DNA from: Octopus vulgaris | Taxonomy: Eukaryota | Assembly: GCA_951406725.2 (NCBI GenBank) | Contig: OX597832.1 | Span: 38,874,001-38,938,000, forward strand | Length of the DNA stretch: 64,000 nt | Direction of reading: 5' to 3' | In this document: positions 25,577 through 39,968 of the stretch, piece after piece | Layout: the number at the start of each line of letters is the position of its first letter | Numbering within the stretch: the first letter of the stretch is position 1 | Made by a program: the position numbers and the translations under genes | Notes under the pieces: model-generated | Database searches by the model: none | What the model saw: the letters and a program-made list of their open reading frames with translations, nothing else | Told to the model about the DNA's origin: nothing

Positions 25577-26212
25577 ATAGGAAAATTAATCAATATGCTA
25601 TATATTATTCATATAAAATACAGTGTACATTTAAACACATTAAGAGGTTTCCATCATAGGAATCCTTTACGCTAGAAAGAACAGCTAAAGTCCAAACCAC
25701 TAATTAGGGATAAATTCTCGAAGGGAATGAAAAATATAAACATTTACCATCTCTTTCCCGGACCATGGTTTCTAACTTATTTTAGTAAACGAAATACTCT
25801 ACCAGGCGAAGTCTTCAGCAACAGGGATGCCAAAGATTAAATATATAAACAACGATGCCAATCCATCGTGTCTCACTGCTTATACATTTTAATCTTTTTT
25901 CAAATCCACCGCGCAAGCGCAGTCTTTTTTGTCGGCAGCGAAAAGATGCTGGCAAATTCTTCGAACAAATCTACCAGAAATCATTATACATAATTAATAA
26001 TATCAGGGTAATAGAGATTTTATAAATTTTTACTACCAGTGGCCTAGCGCATAGAAAAAATAGTCAATAGACCTATAAATTATTCATATAAAATACAGTG
26101 TACATTTAAACACATTAAGAGGTTTCCATCATAGGAATCCTTTACGCTAGAAAGAACAGCTAAAGTGAAAACCACTAATTAGGGAGAAATTCTCGAAGGG
26201 AATGAAAAATAA
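25577..26212 (-). mobile_element. Second partial-tandem repeat family (about 475-bp period, about 1.3 units) with a hammerhead-like motif
   Basis: About 25577-25735 is repeated at about 26051-26212; a hammerhead core lies on the minus strand at 25756-25828. Confidence 0.6.
25756..25828 (-). ncRNA. Degenerate type I hammerhead motif
   Basis: Minus strand: tccctgttg CTGAAGA ctt...aagtta GAAA C-CATG-G TC cggga. Canonical core and palindromic stem III, but imperfect stems I and II. Confidence 0.5.
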
Positions 26213-26638
26213 AAAGAGGGAGATAGAAGAGAGAGATAGAATACATCCAGTTCTTAGGACAGTCCTGAAAGAAAAGAAAGATGATCACGTGAGGAGCGTA
26301 TGTGTGCATGTATGTATATATTATTAGACACTCACGCATTTTCAGTGAGCAGTATAATGTATTTCATTGACTTGAAAAGTACTAGATATTTTTTCACCAG
26401 TCCATAGAGTTAGCCTTAACGGGATTTGAACTCAAAACGCAAAGAGACAAATTTGTCTTAGTCTACACACGACAACATAGGTGCTTCAAACCATTAGCGA
26501 AGATCTGAGCTATGCTGATTATCAAGCGATTTCCATATGCAGGTGACACTTTAGATACTTGTACAGATAACCATCTGTAATATCTGTAATATCTATACAT
26601 CCATCAAAAGTATCCCAATTTTTCTTACCTCGCACACA

Positions 26639-26780
<142 letters not shown>

Positions 26781-27219
26781 TGATGTGTATGTTTGTAAAT
26801 TTTTGCACGTTAGGTAATTGTATGTACTTGCAATTCTGCGGCCATATTTCTCTCACCTATTAATTCATTGTCGAATGCATTTAAATTCTCTTCACGTACG
26901 TTGCTAATGTTCCACCTGTCTATTAGCATGTATATTGTTACGTCTCATTTCACCTTCTCCCACCTCCAGCACCCGTACGTTTCTGCTTTACCGAACCGAT
27001 CGATAATATATCGCTGGCCACCAACGCTACTTGCAAGCATATACCGACGAATCTGTGTTTTTATGTACGTAGAATCATATTTTCGGTGTCACCACATATG
27101 CACAAATACATCTCATTCTTTCTGTTTCAATCTAGGCACACACATACACTCTGCTTCTCCCTAGGCGCCCACACTCACATACACGCACTCGTGCATGCAC
27201 ACACATACACTTACGTATG

Positions 27220-27264
<45 letters not shown>

Positions 27265-27270
27265 ATATAT

Positions 27271-27302
<32 letters not shown>

Positions 27303-27313
27303 ATATATATATG

Positions 27314-27344
<31 letters not shown>

Positions 27345-27388
27345 GTATGTATATATATATATATACACATATATATTTATATAGAATG

Positions 27389-27435
<47 letters not shown>

Positions 27436-27547
27436 TGTATATATACATATATAGATGGATTTAGATATAAGAAATATGCATCTATTTAGATGCATTTATA
27501 TGTGTGTGTATTTATATATATATATATATACATACATACATACATAC

Positions 27548-27581
<34 letters not shown>

Positions 27582-27592
27582 GCATATATACG

Positions 27593-27655
<63 letters not shown>

Positions 27656-28310
27656 TTGTATATATACGTGTGTGTGTATAATCAGATATAGATACATTCT
27701 CTTAATTTACCGGGTTCATTTAACTAAATGATAGTCTGTTTATGAAAACATACTGACAAGTTTCCATTGTTATTATTTAATGAAATAACGAAATTTTGCA
27801 AATATTTGCATATTTTCTGCTGTATTCTTCTCAATTCCATGGAGTGATTTGAAAGGAATTCACTAAATATGAATGCTTTTAATTGTAATCACAAATGCTT
27901 TAAAGTTCCTGACGATAAATGCATTTGTGAGTATATGATCATAAATATTCACAATTTTACAAGCATTTAAATAACATACATAATTGGACACCAATTAATT
28001 AGCTGAAGTAATGAACTGATATCTCACACCTTGAATGTAGTATTCTCTACATTATGTAAATGGAAACACAAAATATTTCCTGCTAATTTGTTTCAGAACG
28101 TGTCTGTTTCTCTCTCTCTTTCCCCCCTCTCTCTCTCTCTATCCCTCTCTTTCTGATTCGTCCCTCTGAAACTACCATTATACACATACAAATTTTAAAA
28201 CATTTTAAAAGCTGGCATTGGCCAGAATGTATTACATGTCAATAGGGAATTCGATGACTGCGTTCGAAAACACTCAACGGGTAATAAGGATGATAATGTT
28301 TATGATGACG

Positions 28311-28342
<32 letters not shown>

Positions 28343-28365
28343 TGTAGTAGTAGTAGTAGTAGTAT

Positions 28366-28440
<75 letters not shown>

Positions 28441-28454
28441 CAGTAGTAGTAGTA

Positions 28455-28654
28455 GTTTCCAATTTTGGTACAAAGAAAGCTATTTCGGAGGAGGAGGAAG
28501 GTCGTTTACACCGACGCCAGTAGTCAACACGACCCTGAAAGGATGGAAGACGAAGCCGACCTCGGCAGAATTTGAACTCAGAAACTAAAGACAGACCAAA
28601 TGCCGCTAAGCATTTTGCCCAGAGGGTTAACGATTCTGCCCGCTCGCCGCCTTA
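28455..28654 (-). mobile_element. Degenerate Nin/Deu-like SINE
   Basis: GAAAGGATGGAAGACGAAGCCGACCTCGGCAGAATTTGAACTCAGAA...CTCGCCGCCTT. Confidence 0.75.
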
Positions 28655-29094
28655 ATCATCATAATAATAATGTTAATAATGAGGAATATAAAGGATATCG
28701 TTATAGATGACACAGTAGACCTACGCATGCAAGACTACAGGAGTTACAACAAAAACTGGTCGTAACCCGCTATCCACATTATTCCTAGCAGGAATAAGAC
28801 CGAACTGAGCCAAACCAAAATAATGATTTCCTTTACTAAATCATCTACTGACAAATGAAATCGTGTACCATACAAATCAAAAACAGGTCTGTGCTTTACC
28901 AGTGAGATCATTGAGGAATAGTGCTAACCTCTTCGCTGACACTTTGGCCAAAATAATGTAATCTACATTTTTTTAGGAGCCGAAAATTATCCATGTGTTT
29001 TTCTTCGATCGGGTCCTTTCTCAGTGGTGCCAGCACTCTTCAGCTCACATCAGTAGGAATTCTCCCGTTTTCTGCTGCGAGCTGTGGTTGACAC

Positions 29095-29625
29095 CTGCCA
29101 AAACTCTATAAACCATATGATTTATCCTACGAGTATCTAGCCACTGCTTCCTGTATTTTAGTGGCAACTACTGGCCATTCTCAACATTCCACTTCCGCTT
29201 TCAAGAATTGCGGCAGGCCATCGAGGTAGACACTGAAGTCCTTTCTGAAATTCAGTGCTCCAACTATATCGAACAGCACATATCTGCTTGTGATTGACTA
29301 ACAATCACTCATTACAGTCTACGAAAGACCCAATTGTAACTTGTTGCTACACTGCGCCAGTGTCAAACCGGCCAATCGATCGGATTACATTCTTTCATAT
29401 CTTACGGTATGTGTCTTAGCTCTGACAACATTGCTTTGGTGTTTCGCATTGAAGTATCTGTCGAGGGCCAATCTCACTGCAAGCACATCGATCGCGAAGC
29501 CATTCCTAAGTGCTTCTTTGAATTGTTTAACCAGATCTCCCACTAAACCTAGCTTCCTTTATTCTCCTACTTTGCTAAACTTTATCGTTACTACTTTAAA
29601 CACGAATTTCCTGATGATGCTTCAT
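29095..29625 (-). mobile_element. Decayed Tx1/L1-clade ORF2 fragment (linker just upstream of the reverse transcriptase)
   Basis: A minus frame reads LALDRYFNAKHQSNVVRAK...FSVYLDGLPQFLKAEVEC*EWPVVATKIQEAVARYS*DKSYGL, resembling L-x-G-LP...E-x-P-I...GKSPG-x-DG. Confidence 0.65.
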
Positions 29626-30294
29626 TGTTCGCTTTATGAATTCTTTTTTATGTCTAGTGTGGGTCTTTATTGGGCTTATGCTTATCTTTGATGTGGTGTT
29701 TGTATTTATATTTGAGGTGTTGCTGCAGTTGATGCTGGCATTGCATTGTGTGGTTGTCTCATATCTTCAAATCTCACAAAATTTTGAGGGCAGAATTGTT
29801 TCACTCCCTTTTTTCCCCCATTTCCTGACTGACTGCCACAACGGCTTGGAAATCGCATCTCAACGATGCTCAACGCTTTCCTAATAACATCTTTCATTGA
29901 ACATACTTCTCAATCTGATTTTATGTCGCTTAATCCATTTTTCTGGGCTTCAGCCATACGCACTAACGTATTATATTTTTTCTATGCGTATATCTTCCTA
30001 GATCTGAGACATGCTTAAAAGTACTGACCTACCACTTAGGAAATTTTTGGCAATTTTTAAAAACTGGGAAATTGAGAAATTGTCTTTAACAAACACTAGC
30101 AAGTGAAATCCTAAACCATTGATTTGTTACTAGCTACGATATTAGCGTTATATATGGCGTCGGTGTTGACGATGGCGGTGGGAGCTGCTGCTGCTGCTGC
30201 TGGTGGCTGTTTTGTTCTTGGCGGTGGTTATAGTATTAGTATTTATATCGCTGCTGTTAATTCCTTTATTACTGTCATTCTCATTTCTCCTTTC

Positions 30295-30499
30295 TTTTCT
30301 CTTTTACTTGTTTCAGTCATTTGACTGCGGCCATGCTGGAGCACCGCTTTTAGTCGAGCAACTCGACCCCGGGACTTATTCTTTTTAAGCCTAGTACTTA
30401 TTCTATCGGTCTCTTTTGCCGAACCGCTAAGTGACGGGGACGTAAACACACCAGCATCGGTTGCCAAGCAATGCTAGGGAGACAAATACAGACACACAA

Positions 30500-30530
<31 letters not shown>

Positions 30531-30702
30531 CATATATACGACGGGTTTCTTTCAGTTTCCGTCTACAAAATCCACTCACAAGGCATTGGTCTGCTGCAGG
30601 CTATAGTAGAAGACACTTGCCCAAGATGCCACGCAGTGGGACTGAACCCGGAATCATGTGGTTGGTTAGCAAGCTACTTACCACACAGCCACTCCTGCGC
30701 CT
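30295..30702 (-). mobile_element. Full-length microsatellite-bearing SINE
   Basis: Minus strand AGGCGCAGGAGTGGCTGTGTGGTAAGTAGCTTG...GGTTCAGTCCCACTGCGTGGCA...TGACTGAAACAAGTAAAAGAG. Confidence 0.9.
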
Positions 30703-31287
30703 ATCATTATCAGTATTATTGTTGTCGTCGTGGTTGTTGTTACCGTGATCGTCATCGCTCTTGCTACCATTGCCGCTATTTATTGCAATGGCAGCGATGA
30801 CGGTAATGGCGGTGTTATTGTTGCCGTATATTATTTCGTTTTTGTTACTATTGTTCTTGTTTTTACTGTTGTTGTCGTCGCCACCTGTTGTTGCAGCGAC
30901 AGAGCTGGTAATGGAAGTGGTGCCTTGGCTTATGGCCATTAAGATCAAAAAGGCAGTATCAGGTTTACTTTTTCAAACAGTATTTTCCTCCCTGGTGTCT
31001 CACGTCAAAGATTTCGACGCCACGTTTTGAGCTTTAAGCAAATGATTAAGTTCCAGAGAAAATTAACAAATACTCTCCGGAAAAGGCCAAAACTAATGGA
31101 ACTGATAAGTTCCTCAGGATCCTGGTCAATTTAAAGCAAAGCAGTTGAAAAAGCTTAATGGTAGGCGTTTTAAAATGCAGTTAACGAATAACAAAATTAC
31201 GATCAATAGAAAGAGGCTTCTGTAAGGGGACATAACCCACTGGAAAATTACACAGCAATAAATATAATAAAGTATAGTATACCACAA

Positions 31288-31652
31288 AATATTGGTTTCT
31301 AATTTTGCCGCAACGACAGCCATTTTGAACGAGGGGATAAGTCGATTACATCGACGCCATTGTTTCACTGGTACTTAATTTATGGATTCCGAAAGGATGA
31401 AAGGCAAAGTCGATCTCGGTGGAGTTTGAACTCAGAAATTAGCGACGGGCGAATTACTACTAAGCATTTCGTCCAGCACGCTAACGAATCTGCCAGCTCG
31501 CCGCCTTAAATATAGCACAAAATAATTTTGGAGGCCTGAAATTTTGGAGGACGCGGTTAGTCGATTGGATCGACACAAGTCGACCTCGGTGGAATTTAAA
31601 CTCAGAACGTCGCTAAGTATTTCGTCCAACGATTTTGCCAGCTCGTCGCCAT
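31288..31652 (-). mobile_element. Tandem pair of Nin/Deu-like SINEs (second with internal deletions)
   Basis: 31288-31508 is complete; 31525-31652 is a deleted copy. Confidence 0.75.
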
Positions 31653-31886
31653 ATTTATAGTACTAAAATAATGAAAGCAAGATATGATTGAATAGAAAAA
31701 CATTTAGGGTCCGCGCCTATGCACGGGAGTGAAACCAGTAGCTGGGCCAAGTTAGAGTACCTCACATCTTTACTCGTCCGCCATTGCTCGTACTGCTCTC
31801 CTGTGCCATCGAAGGTACCCATTATCAAAAGCTGAGGATAGATAACAATCCACCTTTTCCGGATACATCTTCCTTAGTTCGTTATA

Positions 31887-32129
31887 AAAAGAAAATAAAT
31901 GCGCCAAGACTCATGGGCCCGGTTTACCGGTTTCAATGGCGTATGCATTCCCCAGCTGGACGGGACGCCAGTCCATCGCAGCGTTACTCATTTTTGCCAG
32001 CTGAGTGGACTGGAGCAACGTGAAATGAAGTGTTTTGCTCAAGAACACAACGCGTCACCCGGTCCAGGAATCGAAACCATCTTACGATCATGATGCCGAT
32101 ACCCTAACCACTAAGCCACGCGCCTCCAC
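31887..32129 (-). mobile_element. tRNA-derived SINE with a 14-bp TSD
   Basis: Same head and core as 11317-11645 but a different tail; TSD CTTAGTTCGTTATA at 31873-31886 and 32130-32143. Confidence 0.9.
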
Positions 32130-33634
32130 CTTAGTTCGTTATAGTATTCTAATAAAATTTTGTACCAATTTCTCTTCTTCGAATGTTTCTTATATTCCAA
32201 ACCCAAGCTGCGCCTGAGTAATCAATGCAAACGTGGAATACTCCTTTTCTCACAGATATGTGATTCGGCCTATTAGTCTCTGTTTTTTTGAGGACTAGTG
32301 CATCATAATTTTCGAGGTCCAGTGCATCATAATTCCTCGTCTCCTCGTCTTTACCTTCCTTATTATTCTAAGAAGGGGCAACACGGTTGTTTTAATTTTA
32401 TGTTCCTGACAATTCCGAGATAGACTCATAGTCTTCAGGATCCACCAAGTTTTGCTTGTCCATGCAGTCACTCTCCGATCATATGTCTTTGGGGGCCATC
32501 TGCACGTCCACTATTTTCACCTTGCCTTCTCTGCCGCAATAGTGACGATGACCGTTTAAATATAAAAAGGAGAAAGCAAAGTCTTCAGTGTATGTGGTTT
32601 GTGGGGTCGACCGCATCCTCATTGTTTCATACGCTTCATCTCATTCGATAGCCTGACCCCAATGTTTGTTTTGTCTGTCCTCGTATCGTCTCCTATTTTT
32701 CTCAACCTCATGGTTAATAAAGAAATTGACTGAAGATATAACCTTGGCTCCGGAGTTTTAAACTGGGATCCATATAAACCTCCTCGATATGATTTGAAAC
32801 AGAACAATTTCGTTTCTTTTCTTTTTTTTTACTCCATCTTCGATGAAATCTTCAGGAAGATGACAGTCCTTGTGAGATACCTCACATTTTTTTTATTTCC
32901 TAGAAATCGACCTTGCCCTACATTCGCCCATATTTCTCTCACTCTCTCTCTCTCTCTCTTTCTCTCTCTCCATCTCTCTCTTTCTCTCTCTCCCCCTCTC
33001 TCTCTATCTCTCTCTTTCTCTCTCTCTCCCTCTCTCCCCTTCGCTCTATCCCCCCCCTCTCTCTCTGACTCGCAACTATTTTTATCGTTGCATTCAGTAT
33101 TCAACTTCTGGCGGTTGCTGCTTATGAGCGATGAAGTATCAAAGTCTGTCTTTAGAAGCGTCTGTTTGGGGAACTGTCATTTACGTCTGTGTATTTTTTA
33201 AACCGTAATTGTCTGCGCTCGTGTGTTTCTTGTTTAAGTGTCATCATCTGTTTATGTTTATCATCTTTTTTTAAACTGTATTTCACTTTGAAATTTGTCA
33301 TTGAAATTCATGGGGGAAGATTTATAGCTATCACGTTTGCGCTTGGCATCTGTTACTGCTGTACCAAAAGACGTAACCATATTAAATTACTTGTAAACAA
33401 TGTTGACTGAAATATAAAAATGTTCAAAATTCTCCAAGAACAAGTCGTATTTTTCTGCCCAAAAGTAAACAAGAGAGACCGTCTGACGTTTCGAACTCCC
33501 ATGTTGGCATAATGCAAAACCAAAAACAAAAACGAAAAAAGACTTGTATTAGTGAAATGTAGAAGCCAGAACTTCTACTGTTCTGTGCCAAATATGTGCC
33601 AAATTCACCGTAAATCACAATTGCATTTATCAAA

Positions 33635-33920
33635 TTTCTACAATAGGCAAAAGGCCTGAAATTTTGAGCGGAGGATTTTAGTCAATGTCGAATACATCAA
33701 CCTTCACCGGTTAATAATAATAGCAATCTTTTCTACTATCGGCAAAAGGCCTGAAATTCTTTGAGAAGGGTCTAGTTAAATACGTCGAACTCGGTTCTCA
33801 ACAACCGAAAAGATGAAAAGCTAAGTCGATCTCGGCGGTATGGAAAGACAAAAGTAAAGACGGACTAAATGTCACTAAACATTTTGTCCGGCGTGTTAAC
33901 GATTCTGCTAGAACACCATC

Positions 33921-33922
<2 letters not shown>
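33635..33922 (-). mobile_element. Degenerate Nin/Deu-like SINE with a duplicated tail
   Basis: GGCAAAAGGCCTGAAATT occurs twice; GATGAAAAGCTAAGTCGATCTCGGCGG. Confidence 0.65.
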
Positions 33923-33988
<66 letters not shown>

Positions 33989-35273
33989 TAAACATGCGTG
34001 TGCATGTTTGTGTGAGTGCGATAGTGTTTCTATCGACGAGATGTTGGAGAATTGAATCAACGATTCAAACAAAAGCAATACTGAGTAATTTTGTTAAATC
34101 TCTTTGTCAAAATGATTTAGTCCTTCTAATTATGGATTTAACCAAGTATCCTAAGCTAACGTAATCAAGAACAATCCTTGAAAGTCGCGCCCTCGCTTGG
34201 ACGCAGATCAAATATGGGAATGCCTGATATTCTGACACAGCAGAATACATGTTTGATATATGTATATAGAGTTACTAAGGTGGCACATATATTTGAACAT
34301 CTGTTGAAACGCACGAATTAGAAGGAAATATTTCTGACAGCTATATCACAAGACCAAACTAAATAGTCTATCTGCGTTAGAATTTGAGAGCCATAATTTT
34401 CTTGCTGAACAGGAAATCTATAAAGCTATCGATAACACCTCTTAAGTGAATATATTTCTAGTTAGATTTAACATCTGTCAGACGCCAAATAACCGGACTT
34501 TAAATTCGTTTTCAATAAAATTAGCAAATATAATTCTACCATTGAAAGCTGAGACAAGATACTAAGATAATGACATCAGCGACAGATAATTAATAAAAGT
34601 CTTGCTTAATTGTATGTCCTTACTCCGAACTAAATTACTGAAATTATCCAGAAATATTACTGACTAGGTGCTTAATTGACTGAAATGAAGATTTCATATG
34701 TGACAAAATTCAATATATTTTCAGTAACTGAGCTGTGTTGTTGCTTAGCTATTATTTCCCGTATTCTGATCGTCGAGTTATTTCCCCTAGTGAAATACTC
34801 TGTTACTGAAAGCAAAAGAGAGAATGGTCACGGTTAGAACACCTTCGTGAATCTCAGATATATCTTTCAAACACGTGATGGTCATGACTGGAACGTCTTT
34901 GATAACAGAGTTGTTCGATCAAGAGCCATCTTGAGGTTAAACGACAGTAGCGGCTTCTCAAGATAAGCAGAAACAGGTGTTACCAACTGAGTCACAAGAA
35001 AGCATCTATGCAATAAGTTGATCTACTAGAAATAGCAGTCAAGTCTCACTCACTTCACATTGTTAGAAAAGGAAGACATCAGATGAGAAAGTATTCGATA
35101 TGCAAGACTGAGTGGTCACGCTTGAGATGACTTCAATCCTAGTTCTTCTCTCGACGATCAAGGTTGATTCGCTTGTATGGCTTTAGCAATATGCCATGTC
35201 ATGAAACCCATTTCTAACTCATTCTTTCTCTCTCTCTCTCTCTTTCTCTATCTCTCTGTCTTTCATTTTCACA

Positions 35274-35309
<36 letters not shown>

Positions 35310-35561
35310 ATTTCTCTGTCTTTCATTCTCTCTCTCCCTCCTTTTTCTCTTTCTCGGCTCTCACAGACATCTCCTTGCGAGTTCACGAGTGAAAGATTAA
35401 GCAGGTAATAACACGTAAGGTGCAGAATTGTTGTTATATTGTTATATTGTTAGATTCTTTACATATGAGTGATATACTGGTTGACTTAACAACTGAAGTA
35501 AAATGAGTGCATATGAAAATCAAAAATATATCGCGATATCTCACGGCCAGTTACGATGAAA

Positions 35562-35778
35562 TACTGATTTCAAATTTTGGCATAAGGCCAGTAATTGGTG
35601 GCGGGTGGGGTCGATAACTTCAACCCTAGTACTCAACAGGTATTTACTTTTTTGACTCAGAAGGAATGAAGGGAAAAGTCGATCTCGGTGGAATTTGAAC
35701 TCAGAAAGTAAAGACAGACGAAAATGCCGTTGAGCATTTCGCCCACCCTGCTAACGATTCTTCGAGCTCACCACCATT
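35562..35778 (-). mobile_element. Degenerate Nin/Deu-like SINE
   Basis: AAAGTCGATCTCGGTGGAATTTGAACTCAGAA...GAGCTCACCACC. Confidence 0.7.
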
Positions 35779-36390
35779 TACGACAAAATATTGAAATCTT
35801 GTTTGGGGGGTTTACTCATGGATATGGAAGGGCTTTCAAAAAAAAAAAAAAAAGACATACTAAATTGCATAAAGTTATTGAAGTTGTAACTGTCTAATTG
35901 AATTTCTGTTTACGGTTTCTGTGGTGCCAACTGTAAAATGGTACACTAAAAGACATCATAGTCAAGATAACTATGGAAAATATATGTCGACGATATAGAT
36001 TTTTAACATTTTCTGCTGGTTAAAAAAATAAAGATCCCATGACCTTTTTCAGTGCTGCTGGGACTGGTGGAAATTAAGGAAGTTAACATGTGACTTGAAA
36101 CCTGGCTCGAATGCTTACAAGAGAGTGAACTTCTCTGAAGACATACATGATTCTGAGAATGATGTTAAACTGAGCGACTGTGCAACTTAGCCACACAAAG
36201 GCAGGAACTGTTTATCTGACAGTCATTGAAGCATCGTCCGTTTATGAAATTTAACCCCCAAATCATTAAGTCCAACCGAAGCAATGATAGAACTCCCAGT
36301 GACAACCTCGAAATTCTGCAGTTTACGAAACGAACGTTTTAACTACACTATTATAGTTATACCTTCATAACCACGGTCTTATGTTATATA

Positions 36391-36622
36391 TATTTCTTTA
36401 TTACCCACAAGGGGCTACATACAGAGGGAACAAACAAGGACAGACAAAGGGATTAAGTCGATTACATCGACCCCAGTGCGTAACTGGTACTTAATTTATC
36501 GACCCCGAAAGGATGAAAGGCAAAGTCGACCTCGGTGGAATTTGAACACAGAACGTAACGGCAGACGAAATACGGCTACGCATTTCGCCCGGCGTGCTAA
36601 CCACTCTACCAGCTCGCCGCCC
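36391..36622 (-). mobile_element. tRNA-derived SINE with a Nin/Deu-like central domain, full length, about 18-bp TSD
   Basis: Minus strand GGCGGCGAGCTGG...GTTCAAATTCC...GTCGACTTTGCCTTTCATCCTTTCGGGGTCGATAAATTAAGTACCAG; TSD ACGGTCTTAT(G/A)TTATATA at 36373 and 36624. Confidence 0.9.
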
Positions 36623-38720
36623 TACGGTCTTATATTATATAGCTTCGAGATCAAAGCTGTACTACGAAGCGAACTTCGTCAACCCAAAGCCATGAATGTA
36701 CATTATTCATCATACTGTCATATTAGTCTAGACACTATAATATATTCAGAATGTACTTCTCAGTCTCGCCTTATTTAGTTAAACTAAACAGCTATTTTTA
36801 CAGACTTCCTCGCTACACTGACGTGTCTCAAAAGCTGTCACTCCACCTCTTCTGTACAAACAATTGAATGAATTATCTGTAATAAGGTGCCAGATTTATG
36901 ATACTGTTTTCATAGTAAGACTACATAACATTCCTAAACTTCTAAATTCTTGCGTAGAATTTTCTTCCCGCTATTATTGCTTTTTACGTTTTTATCTTAT
37001 TTATTTTTTACCAAATTCTCACGGATGAGAACACAATGAACCTGAACAGATAACTACCATGTACCATAGAAAATAAAGATCATGTTTAAAAGATAGTGGG
37101 AAAATCTTCCTCCATAAATATATCCCAAGCTGCAGTTATCTATTCATACATAATAGATCCCCATAATATCATATTCAAGTCATTCTGCTTTTTCGCTCTT
37201 ATAATCGTTAATCGTTTCTTTCAGAAAGCATGCCTCTATCTTAGGAATACACATACACATAAAAAGACCAACAAATATATTATATATGGAGATTTAAGCA
37301 AACCGTTTTTCCTCTCTCTCTCTCTCACTCACTCGCTCACTCACACTCTCTTTCTGTGCGTCTGTTTGTCTGTATTTCTCTCTCTCCCCCCTCTTTCTCT
37401 CTCCCCCTCTCTCTCTCTCTTTCTCTGAAAATATATTCTTTTGTGGATTATGAAGGATATCGATTTTCAATGTTTTTTTTTCTTCATATAAGAGTTTTGT
37501 TTTTTTTTTGCTACCTCCGAAGAAAGAAATTTATTTATTTGTGAGAATAAAGATATAGCTGACTTGAAATTTAATTATAAGGAATACAGAAAAAAACAAC
37601 AAAAAAACGTGTAGTAAGAGTAAAACCCTCGACCAGAAAGTTTCGGTAGATCATGAACGCTGGAAGAAGATTGTAATCTTGGCATGGATTGTATTGGCTA
37701 AAATTATCTCTAACTCAAATGCGCTGATAATTTAATTATCTATCCATAATGAAACAAACAATCGCCGCCATTTCCTATTCACTTCGTTTTTACAGAGAAA
37801 GCAAAACATTTCTATTCTTTTCTAACAGTTATTTCTAAAAATTCAAATGTAAATTTGTTGTTGCTGTTGTTGTTGTTACTGCCGCAGTTGTTGCTGTCGT
37901 TCGTCTCTGGGTCGCTCACCAATGAAGACACAAAAAAGCGAAGACATTAAAAAAAAAAACCTGACCGTTTGCATTTTTCGGTAATAATTCTCGTGCATAT
38001 GAAATATGCAGTTTTATAAGAGAGTAAATCGTGTGATTTGAGGGTGATGTGGCTGTTATTTCTAGAAACTTAAGCGATCAAGTACAGGCAGCTCTGTAGA
38101 CACGATATTAGATTAGTTGTCAAACACAATATCCTTAGCTAAAATAATTGTTCTCAAAATTATACAATTATAAATACAAACACACACACACATGTATATA
38201 TACATATATATACATATATACATATATATATACTTATACACACATATATGCATATTATTGTGTATATCTGTATCTAGGTACACGTATGTAGGTATTCATA
38301 TATGTATAAATATATACGTATATATATATATATATATATATACGTATATATATATATATATATGCATGCATACGCACACACACGTATACATACATATACA
38401 TATATGTGTGAGCATTTACGAATGCATGCATGTATGTATGTATGTATGTATGTATGTATGTATGTATGTATGTATGTATAGGGGATGATCAGCTGCTCAC
38501 ATAGGGCAATAATTTACAAAGCCGTTAGCGTATTCTCACACAGCATCCGGTAACTTCAAACATTTTTATGCATGTCTTCTAAGACATAAATAATATCTTT
38601 TGAAAAATGAAAACTCTTGACGTATTCTTCAAACAATTCATAGTAATATAAATGATGAAAATAATAATAATAATACGAATATTAATGATGATGACATTGA
38701 TGCTGATGATGATGATGATG

Positions 38721-38761
<41 letters not shown>

Positions 38762-38763
38762 AC

Positions 38764-38819
<56 letters not shown>

Positions 38820-38935
38820 TCGCTGGAACATTTTATAATAAAATGGAATTTATTGATCCAAAAGAGTAGAGAGATATATTCAATACAAAGTGATAAGATT
38901 TTACCAATTGTTAATGCTTTGACGCTATATATATA

Positions 38936-38992
<57 letters not shown>

Positions 38993-39338
38993 AAATATGT
39001 ATATTTATATATATACAGATATACAAATATATATATGTATATAGGAATTATATGCATATGATATATATATATATGTGTGTGTGTACACATATATGAACAT
39101 ATATATTTATGTATATATGTAATAATATATATCTGTATAGATACATAAATGTATTAGCACACATCCATAGGCAGAAACATGCACTTACATATAAAGTATG
39201 TGTTAATATATGTGTATAGATACATATATATATATATATATGCATGTATATATATATCTATATATGTGTATATAAATGTAGTACATAAATATATTATAGA
39301 TATATCTTATTTATATATACTATATTAAATATATATAT

Positions 39339-39443
<105 letters not shown>

Positions 39444-39545
39444 GAACATGGGGAACTCTCCTTGAAGTTATGCAGTAATTGTTTGACAAACTTTATTATG
39501 AGAGAAGTAAGAATTGTGATAATCATAATAATAATAATAATAGTA

Positions 39546-39611
<66 letters not shown>

Positions 39612-39895
39612 GATTGTACCTATGGGTGCTGCTCGAATCCCATGGAAAACGTTGTCAATTTGAAAATAATTGATTTTCCTCAAAGCTCCTTCAAAATTGA
39701 AATATTACAAATTAAATTAAGTCTTATAAGTCAGATTCCAGTCTCCCGTAAAATATATCATTGCTAATGATTAAGAACACCCATAGTAAAACGATCGACT
39801 CCATGTTACTTGAGATCGATCCCCGTGTGAGACCTGCAACACACCTCGTATAAAAGAAAGCAACAGTAACGTAAACAATATTAATAATAATAGTA

Positions 39896-39968
<73 letters not shown>

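Noticed and set aside
32400-32445. Possible minus-strand hammerhead (CTGAAGA...GGAA TTGTC)
   Set aside because: The second core segment is GGAA rather than GAAA and stem I does not pair.
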